64,000 bases of DNA, from contig NC_043019.1 of the NCBI RefSeq assembly GCF_006345805.1, positions 27,961,360 through 28,025,359 of the forward strand, written 5' to 3'. The position numbers and the translations under genes are program-made. Under the pieces are notes generated by a model. That model made no database searches and was not told the DNA's origin. It worked only from the letters and a program-made list of their open reading frames with translations. The DNA is from Octopus sinensis. Its lineage: Eukaryota. Shown here one piece after another: positions 39,754-52,563 of this stretch. The stretch's first letter is position 1, and each line of letters begins with the position of its first letter.

Positions 39754-40012
39754 GTTAGTAATTGTGTTTTAGAGATGTCTGTACTTGAGAGTTTATAGAA
39801 AGAATGGACTACACTAACCTTCAGAGAATCATGCCTTTTGGTTATACTTAACAGACTTTTTACTCATTGGTAATCTAACAAATAAGAAAAACAAGTTAAT
39901 AAAAGCAATAGAAAATCAGTTGAAGGATAGGTGGGAAAGGCCAGATCTGGCCAGTTTCAGTATAAAGCAAGTAGAATATTTGGGCCAGATGTGGCCAGTT
40001 TAAATGCTACAA

Positions 40013-40621
40013 CAGTGGTTTTCGACCTTTTTTTTTTTTACCAATGGACCCCATTTATTATTGTTTTATTCTGGTGGGTGCCCACAGCCATTCAATGCTT
40101 AATAGCTAGTTTTACAGATGCTTCTTTCAAAATGCCTATTTTGCTTTTTTCACTCTTCCACTTTTATCGGTTTGCAATAGCAGCCTCTGGGAGAACATTT
40201 TTCAGTTGCCAGAAACATGTTAAACTATGTAAAACATTAGAGAAAGAAACATGGCTTTCTTAGTGCCACATCAAATGCACACATGCAGGTGCTGCATAAA
40301 CACACCCGTGCCAGTGACATGTGAAAAGCACCAAGTGCACTGTGTAAAGTGGTTGGCGTTAGGAAGGACATCCAGCTGTAGAAACCATGCCAAAAGAGAC
40401 AATTTGGAGTCTGGACAGCACACTCGCTGACCAGTTCCTGCTGTCAAAATATCTAACCCATGCCAGCATGGAAAACAGATGTTAAACAATGATGACAATG
40501 AAATACATCTAAAGCAAAAAATTTTTTCATGGACCCTTAAAATACTACTATAGATCCCACTTTACAATTTTGTTTGTGTTGAGCACCAAAATCTTATGTG
40601 GGCCCCAGTTGAGAACCACTG
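40013..40621. mobile_element. hAT-type MITE interrupted by a retroelement tail
   Basis: Ends cagtggttttcgacc and gttgagaaccactg. A (GAT)-tailed repeat is inserted at about 40270-40500. Confidence 0.6.
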
Positions 40622-42112
40622 TAATTTTATTCAACATATTCCTCTCTGATTCACACATTGCAACGGTCCATCAGTTTTTCTAAAGGTTAATCAGAGATTA
40701 TCTGTTGCTGTGCATTTAATTAAATTCCATTTAACACCACTACCTCCCTCACTGCTACCAACTCCATCTCCTTCAACATTTCCTGCCTGTTAATTATAAT
40801 TTTGAAATTGCATTTGATTTCATTCACTCACACACACACACACATTTTGCTGCAGTAGATTCTGGGTTTAGATTTTTGTTTTTTTATAAATCCTATCCCC
40901 ACTTTTTTTTTTCCTCCTTCCCTATTGTTCTTTTCTTGTCTTGCAAGTGAATCTGGCAACCTCATTGGTGCTGGTGCTTCAAAGAAAAAGTCACCCAGTC
41001 ATCATCATCATCATCATCGTTTAACATCCGCCCTCTATAAGTGGGATGGTTTGACAGGAGCCAGCCAGGCAGAAGCCTACACCAGACTTCTGTAACTGTT
41101 TTGGCAGGATTTTTACAGCTGGTTACCCTTCCTAACACCAACCACTCAGCAGAGTGGACTTAGTGCTTTTTACGTGGCACAAGCACAGGCAAGGTCAGTT
41201 TTGGCAATTTTTTTACAACTGGGTGCCCTTCCAAATGCCAACCACTTTACTGTGTAGACTGGGTGCTTTTGAGTGGCACCTGCACTGGCAGGGTCACCAA
41301 GTACTTGCAAGACAAAACAAAATGTGGCTAGTGTTAGGAAGGGCATCCAGTTGTAGAAACTGTGCCAACACTGACGTAGACTGCAATACAGTTTTGTGGG
41401 TCACTGATTCCTGTCAAACTGCCCAGCCTGCCAGCATAGAAAAATGGATGCTAAATGATGATGGTTCAGATTTCTCCTGAAGATGTCAGCCCATACATGT
41501 TCAAACTGAATATTTGCTGCTTCGACTTCACTCATGAGACGGACCCTGCAGAGGTCAAGGGTCATGAGTCCCAGCTCCTCATCATTTTACTAATACATTT
41601 GCACAGTTCTACTGTATATAACTTGACTCCAATAGGCTTAGACATCTGTGACCATTTAAGATGTGTGTGGTGGGGGATGGAATCAGAATCAAAACTTGTT
41701 TGTTTGCATTGCATCATGCTTTTATTTGCTTGTTTATATTATTTTTGATGATGATGATGATTGTTTTGAGTGGGGTGTGTTTTTTCTTGTTTAAAAAGCC
41801 TTGTGTTTGTTTTATTTTACCAATTTATGTGATGTTAAGGAGTTCATGCCCTGACTGGGAAAACTTTCAGACTATTTTCAGTGCTTTTTTTTTTAGCTTA
41901 TTATTTATTTATTTATTTATTTTTTACATTTTACACATTTCAGTCATTGGACTGAGGCCATGCTGGGGCACTGCTTTGAAGGGTTTAATCAAACAAATCA
42001 ACAACCCCAATGCTTATGATTTTAATTAAAAATACTGTCTATGAGTTGCACAGTAGCCCCTTGTAGCCTCTCCCACATGTATGTGTGTGCACACATATAT
42101 ATATATATATAT

Positions 42113-42545
42113 ACTAGGTTGAGGAAAAAGTTTGTGTGCCATGTTAAAATAATGATTTTTTATGCAAGAATTTATTCAAAAACAACAACAACAACAACTA
42201 TTCTTCAAAATAAAGACCATCATTTTCCACGACCTTCTGCCAATGATCTGAAAGCTTCCAGATTTGGTCAAAGTATCAATCCCTCAGCTTTGCATCGAAA
42301 AATTCTTGACAGGTTTCTTCAACTTCATCGAATGACTCAAATCAGTGACCTTTCATAAAGTGCTGAATCGATCGAAAGAGACCCTAGTCAGATGAAGCAA
42401 CGTCTGGACTATAAGCTGGATGCGGCAGCACTTCCACACCGTCCAATTCTTCCATCTTGTTGCTGGTCTTTCTGGCGGTGTGCAGATTTGCATTATCTTG
42501 TTGAAACAAAGCATGTTTTCGACGAAGAAGTCTTGGATACTTTTC
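42113..42545 (-). mobile_element. mariner (DD34D) transposase C-terminal relic and terminal repeat
   Basis: FQQDNANLHTARKT..VEVLPHPAYSPDVASSD*GLFRSIQHF..WQKVVENDGLYFEE. End ta|ctaggttgaggaaaaag. Confidence 0.8.
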
Positions 42546-42944
42546 AACAGTGGATCAGTTAATTATGATTGTATTCAACATATCCACATCTCAGATTCAC
42601 ACACTTATTACAGTGGTCCTTCAGTTTTTCTAAGCTCTGTAAAAGAACTCAGGTTGGGCCTCCAACCAGGTCTTTTGTGATACCCTTAAAGCTAGAAACT
42701 TCAATTAATAATGTTAATGTTGAATCCTTCCTAGAATTAGGCTCGAATGAATGTGGTAATATTTAAGGTTTGTTTGTTCCTAAACAACACTTGTTTTAGT
42801 ATTGTTGATACTGCTGGATTGAATGGTAACGCCCAGGTGTCGAAACCATAGTGATATCCATGGGGCAGCTGATGATGGAGATGTGTTGGATTGTTGGTAT
42901 TACTGTTATTGTATCTGTGGAATAATTTTATAACACATCCATTT

Positions 42945-42979
<35 letters not shown>

Positions 42980-43879
42980 ATTGTTCGTTTGTTTTCCACC
43001 TGCCTTCGTCTTTTGTTTATTTTCATAAAGCTTCCCGTTATATATATATATATATATATATAAATCAAAATCGCTCAAAAATCAATGGAAATTGTAGTTG
43101 TGATACCAGTGCCAGTGGCACGTAAAAGAACCATCCGAACTTGGCCATTGCCAGTGCCACCCCGATTGGCCTCCGTGCCGGTGGCATGTAAAAAGCACCA
43201 ACCGAACGTGGCCATTGCCAGCCTCACCTGGCACGTAAAAAGCACCCACTACACTCATGGAGTGGTTGGCGTTAGGCAGGGCATCCAGCTGTAGAAACAC
43301 TGCCAGATCAGACTGGGCCTGGTGCAGCCTTCTGGCTTCCCAGACCCCAGTTGAACCGTCCAACCCATGCTAGCATGGAAAGCGGACGCTAAACGACAAT
43401 GATGATGATATAAGAAATATAGTAAACCATTAACTATTGTTCATAAAATGCATGGTATAAATAAATAGCAGCTGGCTGAGTCAGAACTTGCTGTGTTGTG
43501 ATGGTCATGACTTTCCCCAAAGGCATTAGTTGCATACCAGAAGTGGAATAGCTTCAGTTGAGATCTTACTTATGTCTGTGACACATCATGGAATCTAGGA
43601 ATTGTCTGCAAAGTGTTTCCCGGTCTCTGACACTATTTCATTTTTAAACCTGTATTCTTAACTGCATGCTTTGTTAACATGACAAAATTAATTTAATTAT
43701 AAGAAATGGAAAAACAAAAAAGAACAGAAAAAAACATGGCCAAAATATTGGCAATGTTTCTGGGTCTGTTTTCTGTAAGAATTAAACATTAAGAGAATTA
43801 GAGCTTCTTTTTTTATTTGTATAGAATTTTTTGAATCTAGTTAGTCTTGGTAATTAATTAATATTAATATAAAAAGGTT

Positions 43880-44331
43880 CAAGCTGCCAGAATTGTTAGC
43901 ATACTAGGCAAAATGCTTAGCAGCATTTCGTCTGTCTTTACATTCTGAGTTCAAATTTCTCCAGGATCAACTTTGCCTCTCATTCTTTCAGGGTTGATAA
44001 AATAAGTACCAGTTAAGCAATGGGGTTCAATGCAATTGATTTATCCCCCCCCCCCGCTAAATTGCTGGCCTTGTGCCAAAATTTGAAATAAATATTGATC
44101 AGTATAATAATAATAATAATAATAACCCTTTTTACATGAGGCCTAAAATTTCGGGGGAGGGGACTAGTCAATTACATCAACCTCAGTGTTTCACTGGAAC
44201 TTAATTTATTAACCCCGAAAGGATGAAAGGCAAAGTTGACGTTAGTAGAGTTTGAACTCAGAATGTAGCAACATGCAAAATACCACTAAGTATTTTGCCC
44301 AGTATGCTAATGATTCTGCCAGCTTGCTGCC

Positions 44332-44369
<38 letters not shown>

Positions 44370-44503
44370 TTCTACTATAGGCACTAGGCCTGAAATTTTG
44401 GGAGACAGGTGCCAGAGCCAGTCAATTTGATTGACCCCAGTATGCAACTGGTAATTAAATTATTGACCCCAAAAGGATGAAAGGCAAAGTTGACCTTGGT
44501 GGA
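43880..44503. mobile_element. three family 4 SINEs (+, -, -) separated by (AAT)n
   Basis: 43880-44095 (+), 44135-44332 (-), 44370-44503 (-). Confidence 0.8.
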
Positions 44504-45439
44504 ATAATAATAATAGTTTGTTTTTTTTAATAACAACAACAATAATAATAATAATAATGACAAGCAATTCTCAAATATCAAAAAAAATCCATGTTATCTG
44601 TGAGCTTCTGCCCTTTGCTCTGTCAAATTGTTGTTTATCAGTTTATAATAGAGATAATTGTGGTTGTCATTGTTAGTATTCTTTAATACCAGGGCAGCCT
44701 TAATCCAGCTGATTATCAAACATAAAGTCTGCATTATCTTAATGTATCATATTTTTTTTAAATAAAGATAGGCTGTAATTTGAGGAATATCCTGTAGTTG
44801 TCTCAAAAGCAGAGGAGTTATGTAGCTCTATAATAATACTGGGCAAACTGTGACCCATGGGACTCTCTGAATGGCACACTAATAAAAAAAAAATTACCTT
44901 GAATTTTTATCATAGTACGGCCTTCCTGATGATGAGTCAGATCTCATATGGCCCTCTTCTGGAAAAAAGGTTGCCCGTACCTGTCATGTATTTATTTCTT
45001 TATTGCCCATAAGGGGCTAAACATAGAGGGGACAAACAAGGACAGACAAAGGGATTATGTTGATTACATCGACCTCAGTGCATAACTGGTACTTATTTAA
45101 TTGACTCCAAAAGGCAAAGTCAATCTCAGGAGAATTTGAACTCAGAACATAACGGCAGACGAAATACCACTAAGCATTTCGCTTGGCATGCTAACGATTC
45201 TGCCAGCTCACTGCCCTTACCTGTCTTATATATTATAGATCCTCTTAAAACCTGAGACCTGTTGATTAACTCTTATGTATCTCTCTTTTATGAAGCTTCT
45301 TTAACCCTAGGCCTGGTGAGCACCATCTAAGTTATGTAATTCTATGTTATAGATCTTCTTAAGGCCTGAGATCTGTTGACCAACATTAAGTTACGGAGAT
45401 GAGGAATTATGTATAGTGTTTATATACCTATTAAAAGGT

Positions 45440-45665
45440 GCCAGTCTTGGGAACCTTTTTGAATTCCATGTGTCAAACACTGTTGGGTATGCTTATAAAA
45501 TCAAAAAATAGCACAACACCCATGACTTTCGGAAACAGGTTTTTCACATTCAGAATTACTGAAACATGGAATAAACTATACCTGTATCAGTTGTTAGCTG
45601 TTGGGACACTACATCCTTCAAAACTTCCATGCTTCCTGAAATTCGCCAACATTACACCTGATACC
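45440..45665 (+). mobile_element. CR1-like LINE 3' relic
   Basis: Degenerate GYAYKIKK*HNTHDF / RFFTFRITETWNKL / PEIRQHYT, resembling CR1-clade C-termini. Confidence 0.5.
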
Positions 45666-45771
45666 TGCCACTTTTTTTTTTTTTTTGAGTTGCAGTGCAC
45701 CTGAGCACTGTATACAACAATATTATTACTATTATTAGTCAGGCTGGTGTCTTCATTTTGATTGTTACTTT

Positions 45772-45814
45772 CACTATGTTTCCACAGTTGTACACTCCAA
45801 CCTTCTTCAGGTGT
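45772..45814 (-). ncRNA. degenerate Penelope-type hammerhead motif
   Basis: Minus strand reads acac CTGAAGA aGGTTG gagtgta CAACT gtg GAAA ca TA gtg. Confidence 0.4.
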
Positions 45815-46179
45815 CTTGTGTTAACCCTCAGGTTTGTTGAGCACCATCTAAGTTATGTAGTTGTATATTACAGATCTTCTTAGAAAGGGCTCACTATTGG
45901 AGGGGGGTAAAAGCTACACCCAGCAACAATAACAATAACAAATATCAACAAAACTTCTTTAGAAATGTATAATTCTTTCAGAAAACATGACTTTGTGTCT
46001 CTTCATTGCTAGAGATGATAAGCTGAATAATAATAATACCAGTAATATCCTTGGGAGTGGTGTATTCCACCATCTGCTCCATCCACCTCGTTATATAACA
46101 CATCGTTAAGCATGCTTTGATGCTTTTTATTCTGATTGGCTTTTTTCTTTATTTTTGTTGCTTCTGTGTGTAATGACAG

Positions 46180-46215
46180 TCCGATTTAACAGATGGCCTC
46201 GATGCAGAACCAGAT
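46180..46215 (+). CDS. WASHC2: probable small symmetric WASHC2 exon (12 codons)
   Basis: Pyrimidine tract plus taatgacag, donor GAT|gtaagt. Encodes SDLTDGLDAEPD. Phase 0-0, so frame is kept whether or not it is included. Confidence 0.55.
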
Positions 46216-47168
46216 GTAAGTACCTCCACCCTCCATATTGCTCCTTCCTCTACTCTTCTCTCTTCTTAATCCTCTTCTTTATCCCCTCCTTCCTCCATTC
46301 AAACTTCATAACCAACGATAAATGTTTTGATGTCCAAGCATTATTTGCGAAGTTAAAAAATAGGCACATATTGGACAAACAGTTACCCAAATATCCATGT
46401 TCGTTCACTGGAGTGACAGGGACCCATCCTGTCATCTTGAGGATGATTACTGTCTTGTGCAGTGACCCCTTAGTCATGACCATCTTCAATCCATTGACAA
46501 GACCAGGTGAAGACGACTGGGGATGGAGATGGATGCAGTGGCTGACCAAGATGTCCTGCTTCCTGCTCTCTTCAAAGCATTGCTGCAGCTACCTTTCCCT
46601 CTGTCGGTGTGATAAAGACCATCTGGTCATCCTTAGGGACGATTAATTACTTGCACAAGGACTTTTATGAAAGTGAAGAAGAATTGTGCTGTGTCGACCT
46701 CACTCTCTCTCTCTTATCCTTGACCGTCTTCAGTCCAGTGACAAGACCAAGTCAAGACAACTGGGGATGGCGACAGATGAAGTGGATGACCAAAGTGTCT
46801 CACCTTGCTCCCTGCAATATACAATGTTTTTCTGAAATTGCTTTCCTCTTTGTTGAGCCATAAAGGTTTCTTCTGCAGACTCTGCTAGATTCAGTTTTCA
46901 TATGCATAGGTAGGCAGGCCCTAACACACCAAGAATTAAATATCCATTGGGTAACCTCACCTTGTTTAGCCCACCAGTTTAAGCAGTTTACTGCAGTGTT
47001 GATGCTGTTACATGCAAACAGTTACCCGGAGCTTGCACCCAAATACATACACACACCAAAATATAGTCTGTTCCTGTATTTCCTGTATACATTTTTACGG
47101 CATTTTGTCATAATTCAAATTTCTTATTTTTTTCTTTTCTTCTCCCACTTAAAAAATTTTTTTTCCAG

Positions 47169-47276
47169 ATTCCTCCGCTTGTGCCACCAACCAGCTTTGG
47201 TAACGAAGAACCACAATCCTCTTCTGTATCATTTGATGAACCTGCCTCTGCCCAGCCCCTAGAAAGTGCCACAAAG
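47169..47276 (+). CDS. WASHC2: WASHC2 exon
   Basis: ttttccag ... AAG|gtaaat. ...SVSFDEPASAQPLESATK resembles FAM21 VSFDLPAQADTLHSANK, the first half of the CPI motif. Confidence 0.9.
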
Positions 47277-47532
47277 GTAAATACCATTATTTATTCCTTG
47301 AAATAGTTTTAATGAAAAACAATGGGTTTAGCAGTTTGTTTCATGTTGGTCAGTGAGTCCTGATTGGGTAAACTATGATCAAAGACCTTCCAGTTGTGAC
47401 CATCCCATCCTGCACATCTTGGTCAACATTATCCTTTATGTTCCTTTTCTTTTGACTAAGCTATAGCAGTGTGTAATTGGGGTGGAAGATAATGTGGCTG
47501 CTATTTCTAACAGATCCAGTGACTACATAGAG

Positions 47533-47679
47533 CAGGCACAGGCAACCTTTTTCATGAAGTGGGCCACAAGAGACATGGCTCATCATCAGATGGACCACAC
47601 TAATAAAAAAAATTCAAGTTAATTTTCCATTGGGTATGCCATGCGTAAAGTCCCTTGGACCACAGCTTGCCAATGGCTG
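47533..47679. mobile_element. hAT (Charlie-like) MITE
   Basis: Ends caggcacaggcaacc and gcttgccaatggctg, with a near 8-bp TSD acatagag/atatagag. Related copy at about 44840-44985. Confidence 0.6.
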
Positions 47680-48528
47680 ATATAGAGGCTCCTTCCTGAG
47701 TTTGTACTTTGAGAGTTATCTTCCAAAATTGACCTTCCACATGAATACAGCCTCCCCATCTTAAACTAAAATGAATTTTTGATTATCCTGAGGGATTAAA
47801 AGATTAATGACACCTCTCCAGGTTGAGCCACTACTTCACATTGAAGGGTCACAGTTCTGATATTACAGACGTGTGATTAGAATATTGGGGAAAGAATTGC
47901 AAGACAGAGTCTTCAAGTTGAGCCAACTGGCAAGAGGCCCAGGGATAGATAGACCAAGAATGGGGTGGTTGGATAATATCAATGGTCTCAGTTGGTTATG
48001 CTTGGAAACCCAGCTGAGAAGTCTAGTGATGGGACCCTATAGAGGAGGTGACTGAGGATTCTACCCCATGACACACCCAAGAATAGTGGGTAGAGAAGAT
48101 GGATGCCTGATACTTCTCATGTCTTTCTCAGATTCTGGTGGAAAAAAAAATCTCTAATGTTTTTTTTTTTTTATCTAATAATCCCAAACTACAGTTTTAA
48201 AAAAAAAATGGTCTTAAGGGAGAATTAATAATTCTTATTTCCTAAGACATAGCAAATTGGTATAATCCTTAAAACAAAACACAAATTACTTTGCCTCCCT
48301 TCTCTCTTTCTCTCTCTCTCTCTATATATATATCCAGGTCATCTTATAATGGTTCACAATTACATTGTTGCTCTCTATCTATATTTCACACATCTCCATG
48401 TCTCTCTCTTTTCCAATCTTCAATCTTCCTTCTCATCATCACCACTTCTCTTTCTTTCCCTCTCTCCCACCCCCTTCAGTATCCATTTTTCATCTCTTAC
48501 TCTATCTACTTCTTCTCCCTATGTGTAG

Positions 48529-49168
48529 AAGCGAGCCCGTATCCAGCTGAAGCGGCGACCACCCACACGGAAATCCAGGCCAGTCACTGCATCAGACTTG
48601 GACACCGATACTCCTTCTGTCACCTCTCCACAGACTGCTGCTCCTTATTTGGAATCAGTAACATCCCCTCTCTCTCCTGACACTGCCTCCTCCACTGCAG
48701 CCGACCCCTTTGGCGTGATGTCAGCACCAGCCATCTTCCCAGACAAAGACCCATTCCAGTACAATGATGTAGGAGTGACCACAACAACGACAACAGCAAA
48801 AAGCACAGTTGACGGCAGTGAACCCCTTTCGACTGCTCCCTCGCAACCCACATCCACGTCGAAGCCCCTTGACACAAGCGCCAACACCGAAAAGGAACTG
48901 GTGAGCAGCATGGAGAAAAGCCTGTCTTTGAAATCCTCTAACATCAAAGATGACGATGATGACGACTTATTTGGGTCAAGCACAAAGACCACATCATCAA
49001 CCGTTACCAGCTCATCAGTGTCAACAAAAGGCGGTAAGACAACACTGTTGACATCCACCACTACAACCACCAAGACATCCAGTGCCTCTGCTAACACTAG
49101 TGCCATCTTTGACGACGACGATTCTGATATCTTTGCTGATTCAGATTTGCTGCTGAACAAAAAGAAAG
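48529..49168 (+). CDS. WASHC2: WASHC2 large exon (CPI motif, Ser/Thr-rich linker, LFa repeats)
   Basis: atgtgtag ... G|gtaaat. Encodes KRARIQLKRRPPTRKSR (capping-protein-interaction motif), then DDDDDDLFGSS and AIFDDDDSDIFADSD. Overlaps track ORF 48598..49185. Confidence 0.92.
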
Positions 49169-49609
49169 GTAAATATTTACATTAATTATATTAAATAAGA
49201 CGATAATTTTTTTTTTTCGAACACAGAAATGCCATTAGAACAGTAGAAATATTGGGTAAATTACCTTTACAAAGCATAATAATTTGTCAACAACCAGCCA
49301 TGGGACTCAAACCCATATCCCTCAAACACTCTGGCTGAGTGCTTTACCATTAAGCTAAACTGTCCGCTGACAAATTTAGATGCTATAAAGCTAAACGCAC
49401 AACTACATTTATATTTATATACACATAGTTTGTTAAATGGAACGAGATAAATGCAAATTTACTTCGAAATAACAAACTGAAACAGCTGTAAATGTTCTTG
49501 AGCTACAATTAAACTAAGACCTTTTAATACCAATGATCAACTTCTAATTGTTAATTGTTGCTCCATTTCTTTTATCTGAATATACAGTTATATATTTATA
49601 TATATTGAA

Positions 49610-50400
49610 CCCTTTTGATACCAGCCTGCCTGAAACTACCCCAAGTTCTATGATATAAAGTTACTGTTTTAGCCCTTAAGCATTCAAACTAGCCATGTCC
49701 ATCCCAAATATTCTACTTCTTTTGGGTTCAAACTGGCCATGTCCAGCCTCTCATACCCACCCTCCAATGTCATTCTAAAAGTATACAATCACATCTTTGA
49801 ATTTTCTTAGCGATGAGATAATTCACAATTAATTCAAATCAGTATGAATAAGAATTACATTTGACAGTGAAGGCGCATGGCTCAATGGTTAGAGTGTCGA
49901 GCTTATGATCGTGAGGTGGTGAGCTCGAATCCCGGACCGGGCTGTGTGTTGTGCTCTTGAGCAAGACACTTTATTTCACATTTCTCCAATTCACTCAGCT
50001 GTAGAAATGAGTTGCGACGTCACTGGTGCCAAGCTGTATTGGCCATTGCCTTTCCCTTGGATAACACTGGTGGCGTGGAGAGGGGAGGCCAGTATGAATG
50101 GGCGACTGCTGGTCTTCCATAAACAACCTTGCCCGGACTTGTGCCTGGGAGGGTAACTTTCTAGGTGCAATCCCATGGTCAGTGTTGTGACTGAAAGGGG
50201 TCTCAGACATTTGACAAAATGATCTGAATGCTAAAGGGTTAAAGTACCTTAAATTAAAATATTCCATCAAAATTTTATGCTAAATTATTCTCAGATCCCA
50301 GCTTAATAATTAGAAAGTTATTTTATCAAATTCATAACTATTTTTAAAAGTTAATTGAAACCAAGGCAGAATATGTTAAAAGAAACATAGTAACAAAGGA
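49610..50400 (+). mobile_element. nested TTAA MITE A > TTAA MITE B > family 3 SINE
   Basis: Outer 49610-50400, inner 49673-50238, SINE 49867-50206 flanked by acatttgaca at 49857-49866 and 50207-50216. Confidence 0.75.
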
Positions 50401-51247
50401 TTAATACTTTTATAATAAACTTGTTGGGTGGGTAGAATACCCAGGGGTGCTTGCTGTCTCAGAATCAAATAGTTAAGTGCTTGCAAATATATGTAGCCCT
50501 TTTGATATCAGCCTGCTTGAAACTAGCCCCTATATGTATAATACAAATTTCCTGTTTTACAGAGATCTATATTAAAACCGTTTCCATTAAAAGTCTTGAT
50601 TATTTTCAACATTAACTGAAACAAAGGCCATGTAGAAATATGGTAACAAGAGGGAGGGTTAATGAGATGAGTAAATTATACACATGATGAGGTGGGGGGG
50701 AGCTTATTTATGCTCAGAATTAATTCTGGTTATGAAAGGCAGGGGAGATAACTCTTGAATTAAAATTAATCAAGAACAATCGAATTTAATGGGGAGTTTG
50801 ATTTTTTAGAACAGTGTCTGTGTGAGAAAAAGAGAGAAAATTTGTTAGAGTGATTAAGATGTTTGCTTTGCAATTATGAGGTCCTGAGTATGATCCACTT
50901 TGTGGTATGATGGGCAAATGTTTTTAACTTACCCCCAAGTCAACCCTCGTTTGTGTGTGTCTATTTAGTATATATATATATATATATAATAAGCAAATGA
51001 TATATAATCTCCCTATCCATTTAGTGACTTGGTCTGCAACTCCTTGCCTAAATCATTCCCACATGGAAAGTGAAGATAAAATGGTGATTTGTCTGTTTGT
51101 GTGTGTGCATGTTGCATTTTAATAGCGATACAGTGTGAGGTTGAGGGAAGTTTAACTGCTATTTTTAGCATCATTGGCTCAAGATAACAATGATCACTTT
51201 TCATGTTGAAGATTATGATCGATTTCATTTTCTGTCTCTCCCTTTAG

Positions 51248-51312
51248 ACAAAAAACCCGGTTTAGCTGATGACCTTGATGACATCTTTGCCTCCAGCTCC
51301 CTGAAAACTAAG
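51248..51312 (+). CDS. WASHC2: WASHC2 exon
   Basis: cctttag ... AAG|gttggt. Encodes DKKPGLADDLDDIFASSSLKTK. Phase 1 to 0. Confidence 0.85.
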
Positions 51313-52397
51313 GTTGGTTGATTTCATTTACTTTGAATTCTCTTTAGAAATAACTGGTGTGTCCAATGGCATCTTGCATCTTTTTATCCCCAAATGGTAT
51401 TACCAGACCTACTAGATTCAATACTTTATCCTAACAATTCACTTATAAAGAAACAACTTGATACAGAGAACTTACATGAGCTAAAAGCACCAAAGCTGAC
51501 TGACACCCTGCTAGCTTATGGAAGCTTACAGTATTTTCCAACATACAAGTTGGAATTTTCACACCAAAATTTACAGCTAACAAAGACAGGTTGACTTATA
51601 CAGCAAGACAACTTTGGAACAAAATTTCCATGTGAAATGCAGCAGGATTTGGAAAGACAGTGATGATGTTTGAATGTTTATGCTACATGTTTGCGCTATA
51701 TGCTGCATCAACTTGCATGCTGGAAAATACAGTATAAACAGTTGATTGTGAGGAATATTGCCTTACTTGTAAACAGGTGAAGGTTGGTGACAGGAGAGGC
51801 ATCCAGCTGTAGAAAAACTGCCTTAGCATCTTCCTCTCAACTCATGCAAGCATAGAATGACGAACATTAAATAATGATGACGATCTCCCTCTCTTTAATT
51901 CCTTGCCCCTCTTTTCTCTCCTCACGTGATCGCCAGTCAACTACAGCCTTTCTGCTTTTGACCAGCGCCAGAACAACATCGATTTCTTCATCTGCCGTAA
52001 GGCATTATTTTTCTCACACGCCAGCTAATTTGAATTGTCTAAAGTCGAAAGACGCCCGTGGTCTTTGTCCTATTATTATTGTTTTTTGTATTTATTTTCG
52101 TGTAACATCGTCCGTTTTTCTGTCCTTATTTTGTATACATTCGATCCTTTTTCCAAGAAATCTAATGCTCGTAGCTTAGTTTCCTTGGGGCTGGCCAGAT
52201 CGGAGCAATCTCAAGATTAATCAGCCGAAATTGCGAGGATGATCCAGTTCTTGACTGAAGATTAGAGTCTTCGAATGACCCGTCCGTTTTCGTATCGTCT
52301 ATTTGAATGTTTTGCGTTCTTGTCCCATTTTTATATTTTTTATACATGTATATATATATATATATAACTTTCCTCTTTTCTTTCTGCTCCTTGCCAG

Positions 52398-52563
52398 TCG
52401 AACACCAAAAAGGAGGTCAGTAGCAAAATAAAGAAGAACGTCACAGAGGAGGCTAATATATTTGAAGACAACACGGACATCTTTTCCGATATCCCTGCAG
52501 CAAAACCCAAAGAGAAGAAAACAACTGTGATGAAAACCAAGCCATTATTTAAAGAAGACATTG
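52398..52563 (+). CDS. WASHC2: WASHC2 penultimate exon
   Basis: ttgccag ... G|gtacgt. ANIFEDNTDIFSDIPAAKPKEKK...KPLFKEDI closely resembles FAM21 [21 protein letters not shown]...KSIFDDDM (recalled). Confidence 0.92.

Noticed and set aside
41471-41554. Possible phase-0 exon ISPEDVSPYMFKLNICCFDFTHETDPAE
   Set aside because: No pyrimidine tract (the acceptor lies in a repeat tail), weak donor gtcaag, and composition unlike the FAM21 tail.
42270-42300. INPSALH in a + strand ORF, resembling FAM21 INPAALL
   Set aside because: It is the antisense reading of the mariner transposase relic.
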